From the NCBI GenBank assembly GCA_026397595.1, contig JAPLUO010000292.1, positions 1 to 58,229 of the forward strand: a stretch of DNA of 58,229 nt. The letters are read 5' to 3'. Position numbers and translations under genes: made by a program. The notes below the pieces were generated by a model. It was not told the origin of the DNA and made no database searches. It was given only the letters and a program-made list of their open reading frames with translations. Positions 18,381 through 28,304 of the stretch are shown here, one piece after another (position 1 is the first letter of the stretch; each line of letters opens with the position of its first letter). The stretch comes from a candidate division WOR-3 bacterium. GTDB taxonomy: Bacteria > Hydrothermota > Tepidihabitantia > Tepidihabitantales > Tepidihabitantaceae.

Positions 18381-18784
18381 ACCGCATGGTTGTCATGATT
18401 GTCATTCCCTCCCCGCGTGAACCGGATGGTCAGGGTCTTCCCCTTCGTGAACGCGACCTGTTGGTCCCAGTCCTCGAATCGCACCCAACGGCAGTCATGA
18501 TCTTGAGACCCGTCGCTGGTCATGAGCTGCGTGTTCCCGTCGTACACCGTAGCCGTATAGGTTCCGCTATCGCCCTTCGCTCCCGCAAACAGCTCCACAT
18601 AGCTTAGACTGTCGAAGTTGCAGGTCACGGTCTGGGCGACGTAGTTGTTCGGCGGGATAGTATCGGTGTGGCCGGACCATGAGGCCTTGACAGGCTCCAC
18701 ATGGTAGCCAACTACTGAGGCCGAGGCGAGCCCGCACATCATCGCCATCGCCACGGCCAGCTTGAGCATCTGCCTTTCTATCAT
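18377..18784 (-). pseudogene. Truncated 5' copy of the 1608-aa gene
   Basis: Shares GYH(I/V)EPVKASWSG, VELFAGAKG, DCRWV, AFTKGKTLTIRFTRGG, then ends abruptly. Confidence 0.75.
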
Positions 18785-18793
18785 GCTCTCCTC

Positions 18794-21004
18794 CTATTGC
18801 TTAACGAACTTCACCCTTACTGAAATCGCGCCGGCCTTGCTCTCGACAAAGTAGACCCCAGGCGGTTTTGCCGCCATGTTGAGTACTACCTCGCCACTCG
18901 CCCGGCGCTTGGTCGCGCACCGCACGACTCTACCGGCGATGTCGCGAACGGTCACCGTCCCCGGCGACTCGCCGAATACCGAGAGAACGGCATTCGTCGT
19001 CACCGGATTCGGCCTGACGGACAGCTCTGTATGCTCACCACCTCCTTTCATCGGTTCGCTCACCGCAACCTGTGTCGATTCGTATATACTCACGCCTGCT
19101 TCCCAGCAGGCGGCGTAAACGTACGGCGACTTGTAGGTCAGCCGATTCACTGTGTACGGCGCTGGGCAGAAGCCTCGGACACGCATGTCATGAATGTCAG
19201 CCGCGTCTACGACTCGCACACCGTCTCGATTCCCAGTGTAGAGTAGCGTTCCGACTGCCTCAACCCAATACGTGTTTGGCCCAACGCTGACCGAATCCAG
19301 CAACCGGGGCCGGCTGGGGTCGGCTACGCTGTAGACGAGAACGCCTCCTGACGACAGGAACAGGAACGTATCGCGAACCGTCCCGTTCCACGCACCGCGA
19401 GAAATCGTTGAGATGATGATCGGGCTTGAGGGCTGACCGACATCGATGATGGCAAACGGGTAGTTAGCCACGTATGCCAGCGAATTTACGATGCACAGAC
19501 CGTACGCTTGCTCCTGCGTATTGCAGCTCCCCACCCGCGCCGGCTCTCTCGGCCGGGCGACGTTGAAGATCTGAAACATGTATGCTTCGACCACGTACAG
19601 GAGCGAATCACGCAGCACATAGTCCTGTGGCCAGTTGTAGCACGATTCCTGCGCCACAAGCGTCGGGTTTGACGGGTCGAGCACATTCAGTACTCGAAGG
19701 AACCGGCGTCCGGTGATGCCGTCCATGCCGATGAAGGCGAAGGAGTCACGCGCCGTCGCCGTTCGCGTGGCCTTGGAGCCTATCGTATCGAATAGGCCGA
19801 GCGACACCGGGTTGGCTGGGTCGGCAATATCAAGTATCTGTAGCCCGGAACGCATGTCAGCTACATAGGCCAGCTGGCCGTCGACATGTATGTCCTCCGA
19901 CCGGTCGGCCTTGTACCCGGACCACGCCTCGGAGATGGAGTTGACGTTATGCAGGTCCACGGTTACAAGCCCGCCGTAATCGGAGGCAAGATACCCATAC
20001 GACAGTGGCACCGGCACGTATGGGTCCCAGTTATCAGTACCCTCCGGGTTAAGGCTATCCCTCAGTTGTGGGTTCGCAGGGTTTGCGATGTCGATTACGA
20101 AGATGCCTTGGTGGTCATAGGCGCAACTCAAGTAGGCAAAGTCGTCGTCTGCGTACAGCCCGTGGCCGCCATAACCGCTCAAGTTACCGACTTGCCGGAT
20201 ATCAAGAGGGTCACTGACGTCCAGCACGGCGAAGTACGATGGCTGGACGTCGGAGCAGAACAACAGCGTGTCCCGAATGAAAAGCGTTGCATACGACCCG
20301 CCCCTGGAGTTGACAAGCTGTGGTGAAGATGGGTTTGAGACATCGTACACGTTCATTCCCGCATCGCTTGCCAGGAAGGCGTGAGAGCCCTCGAGCAATA
20401 TCAGGCTACGAGTGTCGTACTCGGCGCCTAGTTGCCTTGGCGTGTACGGGTCGGCAACGTTGTAGATTCGGAAGCTGTCGCCGCCGACCGCATAGCAGAA
20501 GGTGTCCTTCACGCATACGTCGCCGATGACCGCGTCCATTGAGCCGAGTTCTCTTGGTCGGGCCGGGTCGGATACCGAGTATATCTGAGCACCCCAACTG
20601 CCACAGGCGACGAAGAGTAGGGAGTCTTGCACCACGACTTGGCTGACTAGCCCGCGCGCGTTGATCTGGCCGAGCATTCTGGGATGCACGGAATCGGCTA
20701 TGGAGAGAATACGGACGCCGGAGCCTGAACCGAGGTAAAGAAACGTATCCCTTCCCGCAAGCTCCCAGCTCGGCCCCCAAGGCCAGCGCCCGATGCACGA
20801 AAGTCCGGTGCTCTCCGGTCGCTGGAACGTCGTGTAGTACGAATCGTCCAGCCCGCGCTCTCGCAGCCAACTAGCCCGCATCCTCGGATGCACGCGCGAC
20901 AGCGATTCCTGCACCGCCGCGTGCTCCTGAAACGAGAGGTCGCGACCAAGAGCAACCGCCGCCCCGAACAGCAAGAGAAGGACGGCCAACCACCGCAGGC
21001 TCAT
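18794..21004 (-). CDS. Secreted LVIVD-repeat protein with T9SS-type CTD (paralogue of 16088..18343)
   Basis: Near-identical N-terminal region (LSFQEHAAVQESLSRVHPRMRASWLR), LVIVD repeats, PNP..GVYFV..KFVK. Confidence 0.8.
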   Translation of the reverse strand: MSLRWLAVLLLLFGAAVALGRDLSFQEHAAVQESLSRVHPRMRASWLRERGLDDSYYTTFQRPESTGLSCIGRWPWGPSWELAGRDTFLYLGSGSGVRILSIADSVHPRMLGQINARGLVSQVVVQDSLLFVACGSWGAQIYSVSDPARPRELGSMDAVIGDVCVKDTFCYAVGGDSFRIYNVADPYTPRQLGAEYDTRSLILLEGSHAFLASDAGMNVYDVSNPSSPQLVNSRGGSYATLFIRDTLLFCSDVQPSYFAVLDVSDPLDIRQVGNLSGYGGHGLYADDDFAYLSCAYDHQGIFVIDIANPANPQLRDSLNPEGTDNWDPYVPVPLSYGYLASDYGGLVTVDLHNVNSISEAWSGYKADRSEDIHVDGQLAYVADMRSGLQILDIADPANPVSLGLFDTIGSKATRTATARDSFAFIGMDGITGRRFLRVLNVLDPSNPTLVAQESCYNWPQDYVLRDSLLYVVEAYMFQIFNVARPREPARVGSCNTQEQAYGLCIVNSLAYVANYPFAIIDVGQPSSPIIISTISRGAWNGTVRDTFLFLSSGGVLVYSVADPSRPRLLDSVSVGPNTYWVEAVGTLLYTGNRDGVRVVDAADIHDMRVRGFCPAPYTVNRLTYKSPYVYAACWEAGVSIYESTQVAVSEPMKGGGEHTELSVRPNPVTTNAVLSVFGESPGTVTVRDIAGRVVRCATKRRASGEVVLNMAAKPPGVYFVESKAGAISVRVKFVKQ

Positions 21005-21010
21005 GGCCTG

Positions 21011-21038
21011 ATTGTAGAACTCAACATCAGGAAGTCAA
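21011..21038 (-). promoter_or_regulatory. Promoter, leaderless-type
   Basis: TTGACT-16 bp-TACAAT, 6 nt before ATG 21004. Confidence 0.65.
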
Positions 21039-21309
21039 GCCGCAGTCGCTGCGTCCCGAGTTCCGGGGCATCAGCGTCTCGCCGAATCCGTTCAGTCAGA
21101 GCGTGGCGGTCGCTTGGCGTTCGCCCGCGAGAGGCGGTGATGCTGCGCGTGTGTATGCGCAGGACGGAAGGTTGGTTAGCCAGACCCAGATTCCGGCAGG
21201 CGAGTCCCGCTGGGTCTGGGACGGCCGGGACGAGCGGAGCCGGGTTGTGCCTCCGGGCGTGTATGTCCTGGCCGCACCGGGCGGAGTCCGTGTAAAGGCC
21301 GTCAAGTAG
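21031..21309 (+). pseudogene. Orphan C-terminal FlgD-Ig/T9SS-type domain remnant
   Basis: Frame reads ..GISVSPNPFSQSV..VYAQDGRLV..WVWDGRDERSRVVPPGVY..KAVK*, with no upstream body or signal peptide. Confidence 0.6.
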
Positions 21310-21375
21310 CTGCGGCGTTAGCCGCACAAGCCGAGACCCGAGAAGAGACCGCGCGGCTCGACGCCGGCGGCGCGG

Positions 21376-22002
21376 TCAGGCTCCGGCCTCGGGCCGGACG
21401 AGGTAGCCGATGTTTGCGGGCCTGATGACGCCGCCGGAGATGATGAGCTTCAGGCCGGCCTCAATCGATATGCTGGTTTCGGTAACCTCGTCCTCGGGAA
21501 TCAACGCGAGCCAGCCGGTGGTCGGGGACGGCGTGGTCGGAAAGAAGACGAAGAGCGCCTTGCGGCCGTCGGCCAGCGCAATCCGGTCCTCGCTCGTCAG
21601 GAACCCGACCGCGAACATGCCCTGGCGCGGGTACTGGGCGATGACGGTCTTGCGGAATGTGTCGCGGCTGACGAAGACCGCGTCGGTGAACTGGCGCGCC
21701 GAGGAGTAGATAATCTTGACAATCGGCACCCGCTTCATGAGTTTGTCGAGCCAGCCGAGCACGAGCCGGCCGATGATGCCGGACGCGAGCGCGCCGACGA
21801 CCAGCACGATAATGAGAAAGAAAACGAACCCGGCGAGCGTCGCGCCCCAGCCGGGCACGCGCTCAAGCCACGGGTGGATCCTGAACAGCGGGAGGAACAG
21901 GTTGCCGAGCCGGACGACGATGAACCAGAAGATGAACACGGTGACGCTCAACGGCAGCATCGTCGCGACGCCGGTGAGGAAGTAGCGGCGCAATTCTTTC
22001 AA
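21376..22002 (-). CDS. DUF502 family membrane protein
   Basis: RRYFLTG, RVPIVKIIYSS, VFFPTTPSPTTGW, LKLIISGG; TTG start after GAAGGAG. Confidence 0.85.
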   Translation of the reverse strand: MKELRRYFLTGVATMLPLSVTVFIFWFIVVRLGNLFLPLFRIHPWLERVPGWGATLAGFVFFLIIVLVVGALASGIIGRLVLGWLDKLMKRVPIVKIIYSSARQFTDAVFVSRDTFRKTVIAQYPRQGMFAVGFLTSEDRIALADGRKALFVFFPTTPSPTTGWLALIPEDEVTETSISIEAGLKLIISGGVIRPANIGYLVRPEAGA

Positions 22003-22015
22003 TGTGACTCCTTCG

Positions 22016-22597
22016 TTATGACGCTGGAACCCACGGGTCGCCGGTAACGGTCCTCTGCCGGGCGATGTCGGCGAGCAGGTCCTTGCGGCAGCGCAGCAGG
22101 AATTCCCTGCAGACGTCGGTCTGATAGTCCGGGTAGGTCCAGGGCAGCGGCTGGAACTTGCCGGCCTGGAAGAGAAGCGTAATCTCGGCATAGACGCCGT
22201 CGCGCAGGCAGATGCGGTGGGCGAAGCCTTTGGTCGAGGCCAGCACCAGGTTGTGCAGTGACAGCAGGCCCGGGTCGAGGTTCACGCGGCGCCGGCCGTC
22301 CGGCCCGCGGAAACGTTTCTCCAGAAGACCGGCCTGAAGCTTGAAATCGCTGAGTTGGTCGGGCTCGACCAAGCCTTCGAACCCCACCCATTGTCGAGTC
22401 AGGTTCGGCCCCATCTCTTTCTCGTAGTAGTCCGTGAAGTTGAACGGAATCTCCGGGCTCTTCACGGTTATGGTCCCGAACCCTTCGACCAGCGCGGAGT
22501 GTGCCTGCGACAGCAGGTTCCGCTCCGACGACAGGAGTCCAACCACCAGTTTCGCCGGGTCGGGAGTCGGCCGTCCTTCTTTTAGTCGTTCAAACAT
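22016..22597 (-). CDS. DUF4416 family protein
   Basis: FTDYYEKEMG, RRVNLDPG, LASTK, PWTYPDY. Confidence 0.8.
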   Translation of the reverse strand: MFERLKEGRPTPDPAKLVVGLLSSERNLLSQAHSALVEGFGTITVKSPEIPFNFTDYYEKEMGPNLTRQWVGFEGLVEPDQLSDFKLQAGLLEKRFRGPDGRRRVNLDPGLLSLHNLVLASTKGFAHRICLRDGVYAEITLLFQAGKFQPLPWTYPDYQTDVCREFLLRCRKDLLADIARQRTVTGDPWVPAS

Positions 22598-22603
22598 AGT
22601 TGT

Positions 22604-23533
22604 CTACCTCGCATCCTCCGGCGCCGTATCCTTGTGGCCGCCGTCCATTGCCAGTGAGTCGTACTGCTTAACAGGGGCCGCTGCGGCCGGCTGTTCAACC
22701 TGGGCCGTTGTCTCGGCCTTGTCCGGTTCGCCGGCGTCCGGACCGGCCTCGCGCCGGGCCAGGAATTCGCCGATTTCTTCCATTCGCGGCAGGTCCTCGA
22801 CTCCGGCCAGCCCGAAATAGCGCAGGAACTCGGGCGTGGTCCGGTAGAGGAATGGATTGCCGGGCCGGCTGGCGCGACCGTAGGTCGCAATCAGCCGCCG
22901 TTCGAGCAGTGTAACAAGCGGGCCCGAACAGTCAACTCCGCGCAGTTGCTCGATCTCGGGCCGCGTGACCGGTTGCTTGTACGCGACAATCGCCAGCACC
23001 TCTAGAGCGGCCCGCGACAGCCGGTGCGTGTACTGGTGCTGGTAGAGCCGGCGCACGAACTCGGCGTATGCCGGCATCGTGTAGAGTTGAAAGCCCTGTG
23101 CCACACGCTGGACCCGGAACGTCCGGCCGGTTTCCTCGTATGTCGCGTTCAGGTCGTCAATCACCGACCGCGCGGTTTCGGGCGATGCTTCCGCCAGTTC
23201 GGCCAGCCGGTCAAGCTTCACCGGTGAGTCGGCGGCAAAAAGCAAGGCCTCAATCACCTGCGCCGGAGGAAGCGGCGCCGGCGCAGGAATCTCCGAATGA
23301 CGAAGGTCCAATGACGAATCGTCAGAGGGAGTCGGGAGTGGGGAGTCGGGAGTGGCGATTGCCGATTCGTCTCCGACGGGAGGCGGAACGATGTGCGCTT
23401 CGGGTTTCAGTTCTTCCAATGCGGATTCCGGAGCAGGGCCAACGCTCGGGTCCGGACGCGTGTCTTCCATTTCCTCCTCTTGTTCACTCGATCCCTCGAT
23501 CCCTTGATCACTCAGCTTGACGTTCTCGCTCAT
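22604..23533 (-). CDS. scpB: SMC-Scp complex subunit ScpB with acidic/Pro-rich N-terminal extension
   Basis: IEALLFA, LSRAALEVLAIVAYKQPVTRPEIEQLRGV, LYRTTPEFLRYFGL; ATG coupled to the lysC stop. Confidence 0.92.
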   Translation of the reverse strand: MSENVKLSDQGIEGSSEQEEEMEDTRPDPSVGPAPESALEELKPEAHIVPPPVGDESAIATPDSPLPTPSDDSSLDLRHSEIPAPAPLPPAQVIEALLFAADSPVKLDRLAELAEASPETARSVIDDLNATYEETGRTFRVQRVAQGFQLYTMPAYAEFVRRLYQHQYTHRLSRAALEVLAIVAYKQPVTRPEIEQLRGVDCSGPLVTLLERRLIATYGRASRPGNPFLYRTTPEFLRYFGLAGVEDLPRMEEIGEFLARREAGPDAGEPDKAETTAQVEQPAAAAPVKQYDSLAMDGGHKDTAPEDAR

Positions 23534-24741
23534 CACTTCAGCCTGAACCGCGCCAGCAGCGCGGCCGCGGCGAGGCGCAGGTCCTTCCGGTCCATGAAAC
23601 ACGACAGCCTCGTTTCCGACGTCGAGAACGCGTCAAGGTGGACCCCGACCCGGTGCAGCGTTTCGAGCGTGCCGGAGAGGATTTCCGGGTCCGAACCCAC
23701 GCCCGGCCCGACCACCGAGACCGAACAGAGGCTCTCCTTCATTTCGAGGCGCACGGCGCGGACCTGTTTCGCAAGTCGCGCCAGTATCGCCTTCGCCGGT
23801 GCAAGCTGCTCTTCCGGGATGATGAACGACAGGTCGAACCGGTCGCCGTGAACCACGCCGTGGTTGAAGAACACAATCGGCACCCGGGCCTCAGCCAGTT
23901 GGGTCACGACCTGGTGCAGGCAGTGCTTCTTCTTCGGCACGTCGACGAGCGACAGCCGTACCAGCTTGTGGTTGTGGGTCATCGCCCGGACAAAAGCCTT
24001 TTCCATCTTCTCAAGTTTAGCCACAGTCGTACCTCGCTTATCGTTGAATGAGGACCGGATGGAGAGTTGCACCCGGTACTTCTCCGCGAGCGCGCACGCC
24101 CGCGGGTGAATCACCTCGGAGCCCGAGCCGGCCAGTTCGGCCAGTTCTTCAAAACTGAGCCGCGGCACCAGCCGCACGCCCGGGAACTCGGCCGGGTTTT
24201 CGGTGTGCACCCCGTCCACGTCCTTATACAGTTCGCACCGGTCCGCGCCGAGCACCGCGGCCAGCGCCACCGCGGTTACGTCCGAACCGCCACGGCCGAG
24301 CGTAGTTATCTCGCGCTCCGCGCTTACGCCCTGGAACCCCGCGACAATCGGAATCACTTGTCCGCGCAGGGCCCGACGGAGCCGGTCGCCACGGATTTCC
24401 TCGATTCGCGCATCCGAGTGAAACCGGTCGGTGATGATGCCGACCTGCGAGCCGGTAAACGAAACCGCCTGCAACCCCTCGTGCATGATTGCAAGTGATA
24501 CCAGCGCCATCGCTTCGCGTTCGCCCGCGGTCAGCAGCATATCGAGCTCGCGCCGCTGCGGGCTCGGCGTAATCTCGTGCGCCATCTTCGTGAGCGCATC
24601 GGTGGTCCCGCCCATCGCCGATACTACGACCACCACGCGGTTCCCGGCAGCGCGCGTCGCCACCACCCGGCGCGCGACCCGGCGGATTCCCTTGATGTCG
24701 GCAACCGAACTCCCGCCGTACTTCTGGACGACTAGCGGCAT
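23533..24741 (-). CDS. lysC: Aspartate kinase
   Basis: [28 protein letters not shown], two ACT-like domains. Confidence 0.93.
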   Translation of the reverse strand: MPLVVQKYGGSSVADIKGIRRVARRVVATRAAGNRVVVVVSAMGGTTDALTKMAHEITPSPQRRELDMLLTAGEREAMALVSLAIMHEGLQAVSFTGSQVGIITDRFHSDARIEEIRGDRLRRALRGQVIPIVAGFQGVSAEREITTLGRGGSDVTAVALAAVLGADRCELYKDVDGVHTENPAEFPGVRLVPRLSFEELAELAGSGSEVIHPRACALAEKYRVQLSIRSSFNDKRGTTVAKLEKMEKAFVRAMTHNHKLVRLSLVDVPKKKHCLHQVVTQLAEARVPIVFFNHGVVHGDRFDLSFIIPEEQLAPAKAILARLAKQVRAVRLEMKESLCSVSVVGPGVGSDPEILSGTLETLHRVGVHLDAFSTSETRLSCFMDRKDLRLAAAALLARFRLK

Positions 24742-24850
24742 GTGAGGAAAGAGTGAATCATAAACGGTGAAGCCAAAGTGGAAAGTAGAAAATCCAAAGT
24801 CGGGACTTTGCCATTTCCACTTTCTCCTTTCTCCTTCACTATTCTCCGCC

Positions 24851-26029
24851 TCATGTGAGCCAGCGGCCGATTCGCTTCGCGGCTTCCTTGAGCCGCTGCT
24901 CCGGCGCGACGAGCGCGAACCGGACGAACCCCTCGCCGTACTGGCCGAACCCGGTTCCGGGCGCGCACATCACACGGCAATTCGAGAGCATCTTGCGCGA
25001 GAAGTTGAGCGACACAGACTCGCCGGCCGGCGCGGTGTCGTACCCGGCCGGCACCCGGGTCCAAACGTAGAAGGTCGCGTCCGGCAGCGCTACGCCCCAG
25101 CCGTGCCGGACCAATTCTCCGCAGAACGCGTTCCGTCGCCGCTTGTACATTGCGCGGTTTGCCGCGGCGAACTTCGCGCCGTTCTGCAGGGCGAAGATTG
25201 CGGCATCCTGGATGGCGCCGAACGGGCCGGAATCGGTGTTCTGCTTTATCTTCAGCAGCGCCTTAATCAATTGTGCGTTGCCGACCGCCATGCCGATGCG
25301 CCACCCGGCCATGTTGAACGTCTTGGAGAGCGAATGGAACTCGACGCATCGCTCCTTCGCCCCGGGCACCTCGAGGATGCTCGGTGGCTTCACCTTGCCG
25401 AAATAGAGTTCGGAATAGACGTTGTCGTTGATGACGAAGAACCCATGCCGTTCAGCCAGGGCGACCACGGCCCGGTAGAACTCAATCGGCGCGACCGCAG
25501 CGGTCGGATTGCCCGGGAAGTTCAGGCAGAGCAGCTTGATGCGGGGGGCGATACGCGACAGCCAGTCGAGATCGGGGAGGAAGTCGGTCTTCTCCTCAAG
25601 CGGCACCGGGATCGGCGCTGCCCCGCACAACCGCGACTGGTTCTGGTAGACCGGGTACCCGGGGTCGGATACCGCGACGGTGTCGCCGGGCCCGCACGTC
25701 CCCCAAATCAGGTGCGCGACGCCCTCCTTTGACCCGAGCAGCATCGTAACCTCGGTCTCCGGGTCAAGCTCCACGCGGAAGCGCCGGCGGTACCATGCGG
25801 CCACGGCCGCGCGGGCGGACAGCTTGCCGGGATAACTCGGGTAGCGGTGGTTCTCGGTGTCTTTCAACGCCCGCGTGAGCGCGGCGGAAATGGCCTTGGG
25901 CGCGGGTTGGTCCGGGCTGCCCTCGCCCAAGTCAATCAAATCCCCGCCGGTGCGGGCTTTCAAGTCGTCAAGTTCCTGAAACAGGTAGGGTGGAATTCGG
26001 CGTAGTCTTGCCGCGGACGGCTCGCGCAT
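24851..26029 (-). CDS. dapL: PLP-dependent class I/II aminotransferase, probably LL-diaminopimelate aminotransferase
   Basis: [40 protein letters not shown]; adjacent to lysC. Confidence 0.75.
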   Translation of the reverse strand: MREPSAARLRRIPPYLFQELDDLKARTGGDLIDLGEGSPDQPAPKAISAALTRALKDTENHRYPSYPGKLSARAAVAAWYRRRFRVELDPETEVTMLLGSKEGVAHLIWGTCGPGDTVAVSDPGYPVYQNQSRLCGAAPIPVPLEEKTDFLPDLDWLSRIAPRIKLLCLNFPGNPTAAVAPIEFYRAVVALAERHGFFVINDNVYSELYFGKVKPPSILEVPGAKERCVEFHSLSKTFNMAGWRIGMAVGNAQLIKALLKIKQNTDSGPFGAIQDAAIFALQNGAKFAAANRAMYKRRRNAFCGELVRHGWGVALPDATFYVWTRVPAGYDTAPAGESVSLNFSRKMLSNCRVMCAPGTGFGQYGEGFVRFALVAPEQRLKEAAKRIGRWLT

Positions 26030-26037
26030 CTACGACC

Positions 26038-26066
26038 ATTATGCACACAAAATCACGAATTGTCAA
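26038..26066 (-). promoter_or_regulatory. Promoter, leaderless-type
   Basis: TTGACA-17 bp-CATAAT, 8 nt before ATG 26029. Confidence 0.65.
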
Positions 26067-26187
26067 GCTCTTGTGGAATCATACCCCTATGATTCGAGCG
26101 TGAAGTGTCAAGCAGCCCGCTCCCGCCTGACGTTTCGGACTCGTCCGACCCGTCGGACTTGGCCGACCATCGGCGCGGCCCCGCCTG

Positions 26188-26215
26188 TTGACAGCTTCCG
26201 GCCCGAGGTTAGAAT
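26188..26215 (+). promoter_or_regulatory. Sigma70-type promoter
   Basis: TTGACA-16 bp-TAGAAT, followed by GGAGG and ATG 26233. Confidence 0.65.
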
Positions 26216-26232
26216 ACTACCCGGAGGTTGTT

Positions 26233-27252
26233 ATGATCAAACTTCTGGTCTGCTTGCTCTTCGCGGCAGCCATGGTTGCCGCCAATCCAGTCGTGGAGAC
26301 GTACCTGAGCGAAGTCGGCGTTGACCCAGCTCATCAGTTCGTCGAACTCCGCTTCGCTCCAATCTATCATGAGCCAGTCGACTTGACCCACTGGCGGATT
26401 ATCACGTCCTCTTCGGCCTGTACTCTTACGTGCCAGCTCGGGTACGGTGAGTTCCTTGTGGTTGACTCGGAAGCACTGGCCGGCGGCGACGTCGGCTTCG
26501 GCGCCGTCCGTATCAATCCGCTCGGCGACAGCGTCATGCTCGTCACTGACTCGGGCCCAATCGCGGACCGGGTTTACTATCCAAGGTACCCGACCGATTA
26601 CGAGAGCGCTCCGTTGCCGCCATCCACCGGTAGCATCGCTTTCTGGAACTACGACGACGCTGAGGGCCAGTCGATGAACTGGTACGTCGATTCGACTCCG
26701 ACGCCGGGCTGGGAGAATGATGACTACAGCAGCATTGCCGGCACTGTGACCGTAGTCGGCGGAGACACCTTAAACGAGGTCTACGTAGTCGCGTCAGGTA
26801 CGAAAGGACACTGCTCCTGCGGCCTCTATCAAGAGACGGACTACGACGTCGCCGGGCTCGGCGCAGGTGAATACGAGGTTACGGCCTATGCACGCCACGA
26901 TGGCGAGTGGTACGAGGGCACGTATCCTGAGTCGGTAGTCGTGGGCTACAGCCAGACCATCGGCGGGATAAACATCGTCATTCCTGTGGCCGGCGTGGCT
27001 GAGATGCCGTCTACGCCTCTACTGCCGCCAATGCGCGTCTCGGGTCGAAGCCTGCTGCTGTCCGGCGACGGCACCGCGCCGGTGAACGTGCAGCTCTACA
27101 ACCAGCTTGGCTCGCGTGTAGCCACGTTCCCCCTCGGCACAGTCAATGGCGAGAGGAGGGTTGAGCTTCCGGCAACGCTTGCGCCCGGCGTCTACTTCGC
27201 CGAGGCTCGGGAGGGACCGTACCGAAGCGCAGTCAAAGTGGCTCTTTGGTAA
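26233..27252 (+). CDS. Secreted protein (lamin-tail-like N domain, carboxypeptidase-regulatory-like domain, T9SS-type CTD), copy 1
   Basis: Signal peptide ..ANP, YLSEV..FVEL, PTPGWEND, GVYF. Confidence 0.65.
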   Translation: MIKLLVCLLFAAAMVAANPVVETYLSEVGVDPAHQFVELRFAPIYHEPVDLTHWRIITSSSACTLTCQLGYGEFLVVDSEALAGGDVGFGAVRINPLGDSVMLVTDSGPIADRVYYPRYPTDYESAPLPPSTGSIAFWNYDDAEGQSMNWYVDSTPTPGWENDDYSSIAGTVTVVGGDTLNEVYVVASGTKGHCSCGLYQETDYDVAGLGAGEYEVTAYARHDGEWYEGTYPESVVVGYSQTIGGINIVIPVAGVAEMPSTPLLPPMRVSGRSLLLSGDGTAPVNVQLYNQLGSRVATFPLGTVNGERRVELPATLAPGVYFAEAREGPYRSAVKVALW

Positions 27253-27262
27253 GGAGGCTTGC

Positions 27263-28294
27263 ATGACAAGAGTCGCAGCCTTCCTGATAATGCTCGTGGC
27301 CATCGCAGTGGCCAATCCGGTAATGACGGTAGTGTTCAGTGAGATTCAGACAGCACCCGACTCGCTTGAACGCATCGAGCTGCATATGTATTCAGGGTTG
27401 CATGGGTACGACCTCTCAGGCGCCCAACTCATCACCCGGGCCGGAACAGCGGTCATAGACTCGGGCCTGGCCATCGGCTACGACAGCACCTACGTCGTGA
27501 TTGACCGGTCCAACACGACAGGCGTTTTCAGCCTTGGTGACGACTCCGACTACGTGCGGTTGTGCATCCCGGGGAGCTACGAGACCCTCAGCGTTCGCTA
27601 CCCGGCCAATCCTTTTCGGGCTCATGATGCATCTTGGGCGCCGCCATTCGGTGCGTCCGCGTCGATCCTTCAGTGGTGGGAATGGCAGAATGGCGAGTGG
27701 TTTGACTACTACACCTGGTATGTTGACGAGACCCCGACCTTCGGTGCAGCTAACGACGACGCGTCAGGTGGCATCTGCGGCTACATCCGGGACGATCGCG
27801 GGCTGCCCATCAATGGCGCAACCGTCAGTATCTCCGCAGCGCAAGGTTCAGTGCAAATGGCAAGTCGCGGCGTCTGGTTCTGGCCCGACGGCTACTTCGA
27901 GCAGAAGCCGACCGGTCCGGGAACGTTCACGGTGACCGCCGAATGCCCGGACCATCTACCCGGCGCGTATCCGGACCCGATTGTCCTGACTCCAAACGAA
28001 CTGCGCGAGATAACCATCACTCTCGACCGCGTGGGCATGACCGAGGAAGCGGCCGACAAGGCATCGTGCGTCGGACTGCATCAACACGGTCAGACGCTCG
28101 TCGTGACTGCGGACCGGCCCGGAACGGCGTTCGTGACGGTCTACGACAATCTCGGGCGGGTCAGGATGTCCGAGAAGGTTACGTTGGTTTCCGGCAGCAG
28201 CGAGGTGCCGCTGTCCGGCCTCCAGAGCGGCGTCTACTTCGCCGAGGCGCGGAAAGGGCCGTACCGAAGCAGAGTCAAAGTGATCCTTTGGTAA
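27263..28294 (+). CDS. Secreted paralogue, copy 2
   Basis: GGAGG RBS, signal peptide, FSEI..RIEL, PTFGAAND, GYIRDDRGLPINGATV, YDNLGRV, GVYF. Confidence 0.65.
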   Translation: MTRVAAFLIMLVAIAVANPVMTVVFSEIQTAPDSLERIELHMYSGLHGYDLSGAQLITRAGTAVIDSGLAIGYDSTYVVIDRSNTTGVFSLGDDSDYVRLCIPGSYETLSVRYPANPFRAHDASWAPPFGASASILQWWEWQNGEWFDYYTWYVDETPTFGAANDDASGGICGYIRDDRGLPINGATVSISAAQGSVQMASRGVWFWPDGYFEQKPTGPGTFTVTAECPDHLPGAYPDPIVLTPNELREITITLDRVGMTEEAADKASCVGLHQHGQTLVVTADRPGTAFVTVYDNLGRVRMSEKVTLVSGSSEVPLSGLQSGVYFAEARKGPYRSRVKVILW

Positions 28295-28304
28295 GGGGGT
28301 TTTC

